Assembly: GCA_947489605.1 (NCBI GenBank)
Contig: CANLEG010000001.1
Span: forward strand, 2,071-66,070
Origin: Actinomycetota bacterium
GTDB lineage: Bacteria; Actinomycetota; Actinomycetes; Nanopelagicales; Nanopelagicaceae
Direction of reading: 5' to 3'
DNA: 64,000 nucleotides
The notes beneath the pieces were generated by a model. The model was given only the letters and a program-made list of their open reading frames with translations. It made no database searches and had not been told where the DNA came from. Shown in pieces: positions 20,599 through 30,087 of the stretch (within the stretch, counting starts at the first letter, position 1; every line of letters begins with the position of its first letter). The position numbers and the translations under genes were made by a program.

Positions 20599-23103
20599 AT
20601 GTTCGAGCGCTTTACTGATCGAGCCCGACGTGTTGTCGTGCTGGCCCAAGAAGAGGCACGCATGCTCAACCATAATTACATCGGCACTGAACATATTCTC
20701 CTTGGCTTAATTCACGAAGGCGAAGGCGTAGCAGCCAAAGCACTTGAAGCACTTGGTATTTCACTTGAAGCAGTTCGCTCACAAGTTGAAGAAATTATCG
20801 GGCAGGGTCAACAAGCACCTTCTGGTCATATCCCATTTACACCACGTGCGAAAAAAGTTCTCGAGCTCTCACTACGTGAAGCTCTGCAACTTGGTCACAA
20901 CTACATTGGCACTGAACATATTCTTCTTGGTTTAATTCGCGAAGGCGAAGGCGTAGCTGCACAAGTATTAGTAAAACTAGGTGCAGATTTAAATCGAGTT
21001 CGCACCCAAGTAATTTCACTTCTCTCTGGTTATCAAGGGAAAGAAGCAGCAACATCAGGGGGACCTGCCGAAGGAACACCATCAACATCTTTAGTTCTTG
21101 ATCAATTTGGTCGCAATCTCACACAAGCAGCGCGCGAAGGAAAACTTGATCCGGTAATTGGCCGCGATAAAGAAATCGAACGCGTAATGCAAGTTCTTTC
21201 TCGTCGCACAAAAAACAACCCAGTTCTAATTGGTGAGCCTGGTGTTGGTAAAACTGCAATCGTTGAAGGCTTAGCGCAATCAATTATTTCGGGCGATGTT
21301 CCTGAAACTCTTAAAGATAAGCAGGTTTATTCACTTGACCTTGGCGCACTCGTAGCCGGAAGTCGCTACCGTGGAGATTTCGAAGAGCGACTAAAGAAAG
21401 TTCTAAAAGAGATTCGCACACGTGGCGACATTATTCTTTTCATTGATGAGATTCACACACTTGTAGGAGCTGGCGCCGCAGAAGGTGCAATTGATGCTGC
21501 AAGTATCCTGAAACCAATGCTTGCTCGCGGCGAATTACAGACAGTCGGCGCAACAACTCTTGATGAATACCGTAAACACTTCGAGAAGGATGCAGCGCTA
21601 GAGCGTCGCTTCCAACCAATTCAAGTTGCTGAACCAACAGTTGAACACACAATTGAAATTCTTAAGGGACTTCGCGATCGCTACGAATCTCACCACAAAG
21701 TTTCAATTACAGATGGTGCGCTAGTAGGCGCTGCCCAAATGGCAGATCGTTATATTTCAGATCGCTTCTTGCCAGATAAGGCTATTGATTTAATTGATGA
21801 AGCTGGTTCAAGGCTTCGAATCCGTCGCATGACTGCGCCACCAGAACTTCGCGCATATGATGACAAGATTGCTGAAGCTCGTAAAGCTAAAGAATCCGCA
21901 ATTGATTCACAAGACTTTGAAGGCGCAGCTAGTTTCCGCGATAAAGAGAAGACCTTAATCGCCGAGAAGAATGAAGCTGAAAAGACTTGGAAAGCTGGCG
22001 ATCTAGATGTGGTTTCAGAAGTTACCGAAGAGCTAATTGCTGAAGTTCTATCTAACGCAACAGGTATTCCGGTATTTAAATTAACTGAAGCCGAAACTGC
22101 TCGTCTGCTCCGTATGGAGGATGAACTTCATCGTCGCGTGATTGGGCAAGAACAGGCAATCAAGGCACTTTCACAAGCAATTCGCCGTACTCGCGCTGGG
22201 TTAAAAGATCCAAAGCGCCCAGGTGGTTCATTTATCTTTGCTGGTCCTTCCGGTGTTGGAAAGACCGAGCTATCAAGAACTCTTGCGCAATTCTTATTCG
22301 GTGATGCAGATGCACTCATCCAACTTGATATGTCCGAATACTCTGAGAAGCACACAGCTTCACGATTATTTGGTGCGCCTCCGGGCTATGTTGGTTATGA
22401 CGAAGGCGGTCAGCTAACCGAAAAGGTTCGCCGTAAACCATTCTCAGTAGTTCTATTTGATGAGATCGAAAAGGCACACCCAGATATCTTTAACTCACTT
22501 CTACAAGTGCTTGAAGATGGCCGTTTAACTGATGCCCAAGGTCGAGTTGTTGATTTCAAGAACACAATAATCATCATGACTACAAACCTTGGAACTCGCG
22601 ATATTTCAAAGAGCCTAAATCTTGGTTTCACGAATGCATCAGATGAACAAGGAAATTACGAACGAATGAAGGGCAAAGTTAATGAAGAACTTAAAAATCA
22701 TTTCCGCCCAGAATTCCTAAACCGTATCGATGATGTAATTGTCTTCCACCAATTGACCGAGAACGAAATTATTCAAATTGTTGATCTTATGATTGCCAAT
22801 TTAGATGAACGACTTCGCGCTCGCGATATGGGAATTGAATTAACAACCGAAGCAAAAGCACTCCTCGCAAAGAAGGGTTACGACCCACTTCTTGGAGCCC
22901 GTCCACTTCGCCGTTGCATTCAACGCGAAATTGAAGACGCGCTCTCTGAGAAGATTCTCTTTGGCGACCTAAAGGCCGGCGAAATTATCTTGGTGGGAAC
23001 AACAACTGAAGATGAGAAAGAAATATTCACCTTTAAAGGAATGCCTAAAGCGCAGATGCCAGATTCTCCTGGTGATTTAGCTGAAGCACCAACACCTAAA
23101 TAA
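20599..23103 (+). CDS. clpC: Clp protease ATP-binding subunit ClpC1
   Basis: [12 protein letters not shown]-domain repeats; two AAA modules ([16 protein letters not shown]). Confidence 0.98.
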   Translation: MFERFTDRARRVVVLAQEEARMLNHNYIGTEHILLGLIHEGEGVAAKALEALGISLEAVRSQVEEIIGQGQQAPSGHIPFTPRAKKVLELSLREALQLGHNYIGTEHILLGLIREGEGVAAQVLVKLGADLNRVRTQVISLLSGYQGKEAATSGGPAEGTPSTSLVLDQFGRNLTQAAREGKLDPVIGRDKEIERVMQVLSRRTKNNPVLIGEPGVGKTAIVEGLAQSIISGDVPETLKDKQVYSLDLGALVAGSRYRGDFEERLKKVLKEIRTRGDIILFIDEIHTLVGAGAAEGAIDAASILKPMLARGELQTVGATTLDEYRKHFEKDAALERRFQPIQVAEPTVEHTIEILKGLRDRYESHHKVSITDGALVGAAQMADRYISDRFLPDKAIDLIDEAGSRLRIRRMTAPPELRAYDDKIAEARKAKESAIDSQDFEGAASFRDKEKTLIAEKNEAEKTWKAGDLDVVSEVTEELIAEVLSNATGIPVFKLTEAETARLLRMEDELHRRVIGQEQAIKALSQAIRRTRAGLKDPKRPGGSFIFAGPSGVGKTELSRTLAQFLFGDADALIQLDMSEYSEKHTASRLFGAPPGYVGYDEGGQLTEKVRRKPFSVVLFDEIEKAHPDIFNSLLQVLEDGRLTDAQGRVVDFKNTIIIMTTNLGTRDISKSLNLGFTNASDEQGNYERMKGKVNEELKNHFRPEFLNRIDDVIVFHQLTENEIIQIVDLMIANLDERLRARDMGIELTTEAKALLAKKGYDPLLGARPLRRCIQREIEDALSEKILFGDLKAGEIILVGTTTEDEKEIFTFKGMPKAQMPDSPGDLAEAPTPK

Positions 23104-24480
23104 TTAATTAATCTTTACGCGAGCAATCGCCTGCTCTAAGCGGGCGACCTCCATAATTTCAATTCCAGAAATCTTGATATCACTTCCTGCTGGAACCATC
23201 GCCCTCTTAAATCCCAAACGAGCGGCTTCAGCTATTCGCTGTGTTGCTCCAGTAACTTTTCTAATCTCACCCGCAAGGCCAACTTCACCGATTGCAATTA
23301 AATCTGCAGGCAACGCTAAACCTTTTGCCGCTGATCCAACTGCTAGTGCTACTGCAAGATCTGCAGCAGGTTCAGCAATTTTCATGCCACCAACTGTCGC
23401 AACATAAACATCGCGGCCAGAAACTCGAATATTTGCGCGCAGTTCTAATACCGCTAAAGTCATTGCAGTTCGGGGATTATCAAGACCTGATGTAACACGC
23501 CTAGAGTTTCCAAAGTCCCTGCCATCTGGAACTGCCGCACCAACGAGTGCTTGAATCTCTGCAAGCAACGGACGCCGTCCTTCGAGAGTAACTGTTACAC
23601 AAGTTCCTGGAACGGGTTCGCTGTGACGAGTTGTGAATAGCCCAGTTGGGTCCGGAAGTGAAGTAATTCCATTTTCGTTCATATCGAAACAGCCAACTTC
23701 ATCAGAAGCACCGAATCTATTTTTAATTGCTCGGATTAAACGTAATCTTGAATGGCGTTCACCTTCAAAGTTTAAAACTACATCAACAATATGTTCGAGA
23801 AGCCTTGGCCCAGCAATAGAACCATCCTTCGTTACATGGCCTACCAAAATTAAAGTTATTGATCTCTCTTTTGCAATTCTAATTAGCGCTGCTGCGATTT
23901 CGCGAACTTGAGTTACGCCACCAGGTGCACCATCAACGGCAGCACTTGCAATAGTTTGGATTGAATCGATAATTAATAATTGTGGTTTAACAGCATCGAT
24001 ATGTGCGATTACCGAACCCAGTTCATTCTCGGAAGCAAGCCACAAGTTGGGATCGATTGCATTTAATCTTTCCGCGCGCAACCGGACTTGCGAAGCAGAT
24101 TCCTCACCACTTATATATAGCGAGTTAATTTTTGCGCGTGCACTTTCTGCAGCAACGCTTAATAGAAGTGTTGATTTTCCAACTCCTGGTTCACCGGCCA
24201 ACAAAATAGCCGCACCAGGAACTAAACCGCCACCAAGAACTCGGTCGAGCTCACTGACTCCACTAGATCTTGCCTTTGCATTTTCTAAACTCACTTCGCC
24301 AATTGGAAGTGCCGGTGAAGTTACATGTCCTGCGACAAGTGAGAGTTTCTTTGGGGCTGCGACTTCCTCAACAACGCCCCAGGCTTGGCATTCTCCGCAC
24401 CTACCGACCCACTTAGTCGTGCTCCATCCGCATTCAGAACAGCGGAATGGGTCTTTGGTCGGAGCTGCCTTTTTTGCCAT
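23104..24480 (-). CDS. radA: DNA repair protein RadA/Sms
   Basis: CxxC..CxxC zinc finger, GEPGVGKST, KNRFG. Confidence 0.97.
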   Translation of the reverse strand: MAKKAAPTKDPFRCSECGWSTTKWVGRCGECQAWGVVEEVAAPKKLSLVAGHVTSPALPIGEVSLENAKARSSGVSELDRVLGGGLVPGAAILLAGEPGVGKSTLLLSVAAESARAKINSLYISGEESASQVRLRAERLNAIDPNLWLASENELGSVIAHIDAVKPQLLIIDSIQTIASAAVDGAPGGVTQVREIAAALIRIAKERSITLILVGHVTKDGSIAGPRLLEHIVDVVLNFEGERHSRLRLIRAIKNRFGASDEVGCFDMNENGITSLPDPTGLFTTRHSEPVPGTCVTVTLEGRRPLLAEIQALVGAAVPDGRDFGNSRRVTSGLDNPRTAMTLAVLELRANIRVSGRDVYVATVGGMKIAEPAADLAVALAVGSAAKGLALPADLIAIGEVGLAGEIRKVTGATQRIAEAARLGFKRAMVPAGSDIKISGIEIMEVARLEQAIARVKIN

Positions 24481-24553
24481 GCCAGAAGGCTATATGCAGC
24501 CACCCACACGCTTAAAATCACCCATTTTTAGGTAAGAAACCTGAGATTTAGCC

Positions 24554-24681
24554 GTGATTTTTGCGTCATACACCCTTACTCTTTTACTAAGCAGGACTTG
24601 TGCTCTTCATATGGGAACACAATTTTTGCCGCTGAACCTCGACCGAGGCTCAGAACCAAAATGCCTACGGAGGCTATATAA
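24554..24681 (+). promoter_or_regulatory. Putative rhodopsin promoter (GTGATT-17-TACTCT) and ~93-nt structured 5' leader
   Basis: -35/-10-like pair at 24554-24559 and 24577-24582; three hairpins at 24591-24629, 24632-24653 and 24663-24674; GGAGG RBS at 24669-24673. Confidence 0.5.
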
Positions 24682-25449
24682 ATGGTAAACCTAACAAACG
24701 GTCAATGGAGCACGCTTTACAACATGTTCTCCTTTGGCTTGATCTCGATGCTTGCATGCACCGTTTACACATTGGTGTCACAAGCTCGCGTTCTACCTAA
24801 GTACCGTAACGCTCTAGTTTTATCTTCAATGGTTACATTCATTGCGGCATACCACTACTGGCGCATATTCAACTCTTTCGGAGAGTCATCAGTTGATGGC
24901 GGCGTAACAGTTGGAACTGCTAAAGGTGCATTCAATGAGGCATACCGTTATGTTGACTGGATCCTGACAGTACCTCTACTACTTGTAGAAGTAATTGCTG
25001 TACTTGCACTAGCTAAGGCTGCAGCAAGTTCACTTATTTCTCGCCTTGTTCCTGCATCAGCAGCGATGATCGCGCTTGGTTACCCAGGTGAAATTTCAGC
25101 TGATACAAACACCAAAGTAATTTGGGGCGTTCTATCAACACTTCCATTCCTATACATCCTTTACGTTCTATTCGTAGAACTAGGAAAGTCATTGGATCGT
25201 CAACCAGAAGGCGTAGCAGCAACAGTTGGTCGCCTACGTCTCCTATTGATCGCAACATGGGGCGTATACCCAATTTCATACTTGCTACCAATCCTTAGCG
25301 ACACATCCGCCACAGATCCAGGCGCGTTCGTAAATCGCCAAATTGGTTACACAATCGCAGACGTACTTGCTAAGTGCGTATTCGGACTAACAATCTACAA
25401 GATTGCTCGTCTGAAGTCTGCAGCAGAAGGTATGAAGGAAGATCACTAA
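24682..25449 (+). CDS. actR: Actinorhodopsin (xanthorhodopsin clade), DTE proton pump, likely green-absorbing
   Basis: 7 TM; helix C RYVDWILTVPLLLVE (D-T-E, Leu at the tuning site); helix B YHY; helix E WGVLSTLPF; retinal lysine in DVLAK. Confidence 0.96.
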   Translation: MVNLTNGQWSTLYNMFSFGLISMLACTVYTLVSQARVLPKYRNALVLSSMVTFIAAYHYWRIFNSFGESSVDGGVTVGTAKGAFNEAYRYVDWILTVPLLLVEVIAVLALAKAAASSLISRLVPASAAMIALGYPGEISADTNTKVIWGVLSTLPFLYILYVLFVELGKSLDRQPEGVAATVGRLRLLLIATWGVYPISYLLPILSDTSATDPGAFVNRQIGYTIADVLAKCVFGLTIYKIARLKSAAEGMKEDH

Positions 25450-25468
25450 TCTGATCTAAAGATTAAGC

Positions 25469-25508
25469 AAATTTGGGGGCGCCAGAAATGGTGCCCCCAA
25501 ATTTTTTT
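25469..25508 (+). terminator. Intrinsic terminator after the rhodopsin gene
   Basis: 16-bp stem AAATTTGGGGGCGCCA / TGGTGCCCCCAAATTT (one G-U), GAAA loop, T run. Confidence 0.92.
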
Positions 25509-25532
25509 ACTAGCGAAGGGATACTCTTAACC

Positions 25533-25769
25533 ATGACAAATTACCGATGGGGTGGCTATTTATTAGTCGCGATAGGGTTATTGAACTTGCGTTACCAAAC
25601 TGGGGAACCAGGAGTTTTAGCTAACAGCCTTATCATTTTTACTCCAGGTGCAGTAATTTTGATTTTGAGCTTTATTCCAAAAACTGCAGCGCTTCTAAAT
25701 ACAAAAATTGCACAAAGAGTTTCGATAGCAGTTGGTATTGCTGCGATTATTTTCGCAGCTGTTAATTAA
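25533..25769 (+). CDS. Small (78 aa) membrane protein of unknown function, ~3 TM
   Basis: MTNYRWGG... hydrophobic ORF filling the gap exactly; GATACT 7 nt before ATG 25533; the upstream TTG start lies inside the terminator. Confidence 0.7.
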   Translation: MTNYRWGGYLLVAIGLLNLRYQTGEPGVLANSLIIFTPGAVILILSFIPKTAALLNTKIAQRVSIAVGIAAIIFAAVN

Positions 25770-26074
25770 TCTTTAGGTTGAATTCCTTTACGGCCCCAAT
25801 AAACCCAGAGGCTCATTACAGATAAAACTAAAGCAAAGCCAAATAACAAATCTTCTATCGGTGCACTGCATATTCGAGTCCCAATAATTGCTTCGGGGCT
25901 ATACATCACAATGTTTCTAGAAGTTAACCACCAATTAGTTATTAATTGGAATGGCAGAATAATTGCGTAAGAAGTCCAGAAAACAGATTTTGTAAGTAGC
26001 GAAGTCCTAACTCCGTATAGATCAAAGAAAACTGCAACGATTACACCGCCAATTGCGATATCACTGTAAATCAT
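25766..26074 (-). CDS. crtYd: Heterodimeric lycopene beta-cyclase subunit (CrtYd-like)
   Basis: Small TM protein with PIEDLLFGF motif; ATGA overlap with its partner; adjacent to blh. Confidence 0.8.
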   Translation of the reverse strand: MIYSDIAIGGVIVAVFFDLYGVRTSLLTKSVFWTSYAIILPFQLITNWWLTSRNIVMYSPEAIIGTRICSAPIEDLLFGFALVLSVMSLWVYWGRKGIQPKD

Positions 26075-26406
26075 TGCTTCTCATCTCCAACTGGCCAATG
26101 CTTCTTAACGCTGCGAACGCCCTCTATGGTCATGATTGCGGCCATTGGTACGATTAAAAAGAAGAGAAATTCTTCAAGTGGAATCCTAAATGGACCGTAA
26201 ATTCCAAGTATTTGTTCGGAATCAAATTTCCAATGCCCATTTGCGATCGCATATGCATCCCAAATTAGGAATGGAATTGCGACCGGAATGATGCTCATGA
26301 GCGCGCGCTTAATGCGTTTTAAGACTTTTATCTTCAGTATTAGCTCGAGCCAGAAAGAACCAACGACGGTGAAGGTAAGCATCGCTAGATACCCAAATTT
26401 CAACAC
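26071..26406 (-). CDS. crtYc: Heterodimeric lycopene beta-cyclase subunit (CrtYc-like)
   Basis: FLIWD.YAI..GHW.F and IPLEEFLFF motifs. Confidence 0.83.
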   Translation of the reverse strand: MLKFGYLAMLTFTVVGSFWLELILKIKVLKRIKRALMSIIPVAIPFLIWDAYAIANGHWKFDSEQILGIYGPFRIPLEEFLFFLIVPMAAIMTIEGVRSVKKHWPVGDEKQ

Positions 26407-26451
26407 AGTTATTCTCCCGATAGCGCTTAAGGTGGTTCATATACTAGTACC

Positions 26452-27405
26452 GTGAATGGCGCAAAAGCAGTTTTTAATTCAGTTCGAAACTTTTCTACCC
26501 TTGCTGTTTTGTTCGCAATTTTGGTTTCAGGGATCTTAAGTTTCTTAGAATTTGGTGAAAGTTTAGGTTGGCAGGTCGGCTTTGCAGTTATCGCACTGGC
26601 GCTAGGAATTCCGCACGGGGCTGTTGACCATCTGGTGGCGCTCCCAGCTACTTCAAAATCAAAATTAGTTCTACTCATCATTGGGTATGTAGCAATTGCA
26701 GTTCTTGCAGTTTTAGCTATTTTGCATTGGAATAAATTGGGATTCCAATTAGTTTTAGCAATGAGCGCTTTTCACTTTGGCTTTGGAGACGCGGCCTTTG
26801 TTGCTGAACAAGATCGACTTTCTGGTCGCCACCGATTAAAGCCAAAGACTCAGAATATGTTTGCAATATCCGCCGGTTCAATACCAGTTCTTATCCCACT
26901 CCTTAATGAATCTACTGCGAGTGCGCTGCGAGAAATCAATCCACAATTGATAACTTGGGCATCAGATATTGCGCCACAACTTAAATTTTTAGTTGCCTTC
27001 TTCTTTGTTACAACGCTGGTTTTACTCATTAACGAGGAGCGCTTGCGAGAAGTTATTGATTTATCTCTTCTTGCCGCACTTGCGTTAATTGCACCACCAC
27101 TTGTCGCATTTGCAGTTTATTTCGGATGTTGGCACGCAATGCGTCATACCGCAAGATTGACTTTAATTTTGCCTAAGGCAAAGAGCGCAGCGGAGAAAAA
27201 CAATCCTCGGGGTTCCTTTTTGGCCGCAGTTATTCCAGGGCTACCTGCGCTATTTGGAACTGTCATTGTTGCGCTGTTAATTGCAGTTCTTGATACAACA
27301 AATATTGATGCCAGTTATTTGTGGTATTTATTAGTTGTTGTTTGGGCTCTCACCGTGCCTCATATGATGGTGACAATTAAGATCGATCAGAAAGCTCTAA
27401 CTTAA
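26452..27405 (+). CDS. blh: Beta-carotene 15,15'-dioxygenase (Brp/Blh)
   Basis: Membrane protein with GIPHGAVDH, HFG, WHAMRH, LTVPH. Confidence 0.92.
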   Translation: MNGAKAVFNSVRNFSTLAVLFAILVSGILSFLEFGESLGWQVGFAVIALALGIPHGAVDHLVALPATSKSKLVLLIIGYVAIAVLAVLAILHWNKLGFQLVLAMSAFHFGFGDAAFVAEQDRLSGRHRLKPKTQNMFAISAGSIPVLIPLLNESTASALREINPQLITWASDIAPQLKFLVAFFFVTTLVLLINEERLREVIDLSLLAALALIAPPLVAFAVYFGCWHAMRHTARLTLILPKAKSAAEKNNPRGSFLAAVIPGLPALFGTVIVALLIAVLDTTNIDASYLWYLLVVVWALTVPHMMVTIKIDQKALT

Positions 27406-27406
27406 T

Positions 27407-28225
27407 TTACTTTCCTGCAGCAAGAGTTGCTGGGTGGATGATAAATAGTGGTAATTCCCGCTTCTTCAGCTCTCTGCGTGCAACAGCGATTGCTTCAATT
27501 CGATTATCGCAATGTAATTTAAGAACTGCATAAGCAGGTTCTCCCATTAGGGCAGTTAGCTCAACTTTGTTTGAAAGATAAACCGGTTCGCGGCCAACAT
27601 GTGCTTCAGTGTTGCTAGTGCAATACCAATCAAATTCTTCGCCACCATCTCCCCAAGCAAGGCGTTCATATTCACCAATTACATTTACGGTAATTTCTTG
27701 CTCACCAAATTCACGTTGTTCAAAACTTCTACGAATAGGAAGTTGCCAGCAAACATCTGGCTTAGTTTCCACAAAGTGAATATCTTCTTTCTGGGCAAGA
27801 TGGTGAAGTGCGCAACCAAAATCACCAGTGAAGCCAGGTGCGCTATAACCTTTGCGATTTAAAAATATGCATGAATCATCAATTTTTCTTGTTTTGCGAT
27901 CTTTATCTAATCCGACTTCTGAAATTTGCATCTTACCTTTTGCTTTTTTAGGTTGTGCTTCATCAAAGTATTGCCACATATCTCGAGTTAAACGCTTTGA
28001 AACTTCGAGTGTGCGCTTTTCATCATCTTCATCGGAATAATATGCACCATCGGAACAACATCCAGCATCCGGTTTATCTGCATCAATTCCGCAACAACCG
28101 GCCCCATAAATACATGTCCAGTAAGAAGTTAGCCAAGTTAGGTCACATTTATAAAGCTCTTCTGGCTTAGCAGGATCAATAAATTCGACCCAGTCACGTG
28201 CGAAATTTGGTTTTACCTCAGGCAT
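27407..28225 (-). CDS. Conserved actinobacterial Cys-rich putative metal/Fe-S protein (DUF3109/Rv0495c-like)
   Basis: WTCIYGAGCC..GCCSDGA, CIFL, GCALH, KPDVCWQLP; near proC as in other actinobacteria. Confidence 0.7.
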   Translation of the reverse strand: MPEVKPNFARDWVEFIDPAKPEELYKCDLTWLTSYWTCIYGAGCCGIDADKPDAGCCSDGAYYSDEDDEKRTLEVSKRLTRDMWQYFDEAQPKKAKGKMQISEVGLDKDRKTRKIDDSCIFLNRKGYSAPGFTGDFGCALHHLAQKEDIHFVETKPDVCWQLPIRRSFEQREFGEQEITVNVIGEYERLAWGDGGEEFDWYCTSNTEAHVGREPVYLSNKVELTALMGEPAYAVLKLHCDNRIEAIAVARRELKKRELPLFIIHPATLAAGK

Positions 28226-28306
28226 AGTGACAGAGCCTAAGGCTTATTCGAAAAATAAGCACATCTGGTCAAGCAGGGGGAGTTCGCCTTTAGGTAGGCT
28301 TCTCTT

Positions 28307-29131
28307 ATGTCGAACCAAACATCTTTCCCAAAATCTAAATACCAAGTTGGACTAATTGGTGTTGGTGTCATGGGGGAGGCGCTAATTTCAGGATTAATCT
28401 CTGCAAGATTTCCTAAAGCTCAAATTGTCTTTACCGAGAAGCGCGAAGAGAGAGCCCGTGAGATATCAAGTAAATACGGGGCAAGAGCCGTAGATTTAAC
28501 AGAACTTGCCAAGAGTAGCGATGTTATTTTATTGGTTGTAAAGCCACAGGATTTGGCTGAATTATTAGCCGCCCTTGCCGATAAGTTAAAAAAGAGTGCG
28601 GTTCTAGTTTCATTTGCGGCCGGTAAAACTACGGAATTTATAAGTGAAAAAGTTGGGCCAAATATTTCGGTGATTCGAGTCATGCCAAATACCCCAACCC
28701 TTATTGGACTTGGAATGGCCGCTGTTTCATTGGGAAAGAGCGTTAATGCAGAGCAGGCAGAGTTTGTCTCAGACTTCCTTGCTACTTGCGGAAAAGTTAT
28801 TTCAGTTGAAGAGAATCTGCAGGATGCAGTAACCGCACTAAGTGGATCTGGTCCTGCTTACTTCTTTGCTTTCGTTGAAGAAATAATTAAATCTGGAATT
28901 TCACTTGGGTTATCAAGCGATCAGGCAACAACTCTTGCAATTCAAACTATGGTTGGTTCCGCTGCAATGTTAGAACAGTCAGGTAAAAGTGCGGCGACTT
29001 TGCGGGAAAATGTGACAAGTCCTAATGGAACAACAGCCGCAGCGCTGAAAGTATTTAACGAAGCAAAACTGGGCGAGATAGTTGAGAGCGCTATGACTGC
29101 TGCACGGAATCGGTCTCAAGAACTTGCATAA
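28307..29131 (+). CDS. proC: Pyrroline-5-carboxylate reductase
   Basis: GVGVMG, RVMPNTP, SGSGPAY, VTSPNGTT. Confidence 0.97.
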   Translation: MSNQTSFPKSKYQVGLIGVGVMGEALISGLISARFPKAQIVFTEKREERAREISSKYGARAVDLTELAKSSDVILLVVKPQDLAELLAALADKLKKSAVLVSFAAGKTTEFISEKVGPNISVIRVMPNTPTLIGLGMAAVSLGKSVNAEQAEFVSDFLATCGKVISVEENLQDAVTALSGSGPAYFFAFVEEIIKSGISLGLSSDQATTLAIQTMVGSAAMLEQSGKSAATLRENVTSPNGTTAAALKVFNEAKLGEIVESAMTAARNRSQELA

Positions 29132-30086
29132 ACTTGCATTTAGATTTGGGATTTTTGTATTAGTTCTTCCGTTTTCTTTCAATGGCCCATCTGCTGTGGC
29201 AGCAATCAAAGTAGTGCCCTCAAAACCAGCAATTACCGCGGTTTCGCCAGTCGGTTCTGGTGATCAGATTTCAGATTTCTCTCTAAACTCTTCACTTATT
29301 GCAGTTGTCGGGACTGTAGAAACAGGCCTAACAGATTTAGTTACTTCACCAACTTTAGGTGGCAGTGATGGTTTTATTTCTGCACTCGATAAAACCAAGA
29401 AGCCATTATGGAACTTACGTTTAGGTGGCCTGCAAGATGATATTGCTACCGCAATTACTAAGGATAAAGCAGGTGATTTCTGGGTTGTAGGTGCAACTTC
29501 TAAACCGCTTGAAACTGCAACTCCAGTCGTAGATAATTCCGCAGTAAATTTAGATTCGGTGGCAGCAGAAGCAGTAGTAACTCCAACAAATACTTTGAAT
29601 CGACTTGTTCTCTGGAAGATTGGAATGACTGGTCAGCTATCTCAGACTTATTTCTATGATGTTGATGGACTTATTGCCCCAACCGCTATATCCATAAGTG
29701 GAACAACTCTTAAGATAATTGGAAATCTGAGCAAAGAACTCGTAACGCAACAATTTATGATTTCCACCGATTTGACTGGAGTATTTTCTGAATTAAAACT
29801 TGGCAAGATTCCAACTGTGAAACTACCGGCAATCGAAACCATTAAAGCGGGACCAAACAAAATCACAAGCTTTATCTCTAAAACCACGATAATTGATATT
29901 CCAAGTTGGCGGGCAAAAGTTCCAACACCAGTGATTGTGAAATACTCCAAGGCTAGAAAGGCGCTTGCAGCAAATTCGTTACCCGGAAAGGTAAAGAAAG
30001 TTCTGTGGCAAAGTGGTTTGGGAGCAGTTGTTTTGGTAGAAGTGAATTCGGATAATCAAATTCACTTACTTACAAATATGGCTTAA
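29124..30086 (+). CDS. Secreted hypothetical protein with an SBBP-like propeller segment
   Basis: Signal-peptide-like N-terminus (AVA|A); GGSDGFI..LWNLRLGGLQDDIATAITKDKAGDFWVVGAT. Confidence 0.65.
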   Translation: MHKLAFRFGIFVLVLPFSFNGPSAVAAIKVVPSKPAITAVSPVGSGDQISDFSLNSSLIAVVGTVETGLTDLVTSPTLGGSDGFISALDKTKKPLWNLRLGGLQDDIATAITKDKAGDFWVVGATSKPLETATPVVDNSAVNLDSVAAEAVVTPTNTLNRLVLWKIGMTGQLSQTYFYDVDGLIAPTAISISGTTLKIIGNLSKELVTQQFMISTDLTGVFSELKLGKIPTVKLPAIETIKAGPNKITSFISKTTIIDIPSWRAKVPTPVIVKYSKARKALAANSLPGKVKKVLWQSGLGAVVLVEVNSDNQIHLLTNMA

Positions 30087-30087
30087 C

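Noticed and set aside
20662-20965. Internal DNA repeat near the start of clpC
   Set aside because: It encodes the normal duplicated Clp N-domain repeat ([21 protein letters not shown]); not a mobile or CRISPR repeat.
24628-24681. Resemblance of GCCGCTGAACC..GG..GAACC to the 5' end of a c-di-AMP (ydaO) riboswitch
   Set aside because: The conserved 3' half (GGGG..., CCGUCAGCUAACCC) is missing and the leader is too short.
25473-25532. Longer 98-aa version of the orphan membrane ORF
   Set aside because: Its TTG start lies inside the terminator stem; ATG 25533 has a promoter-like hexamer.
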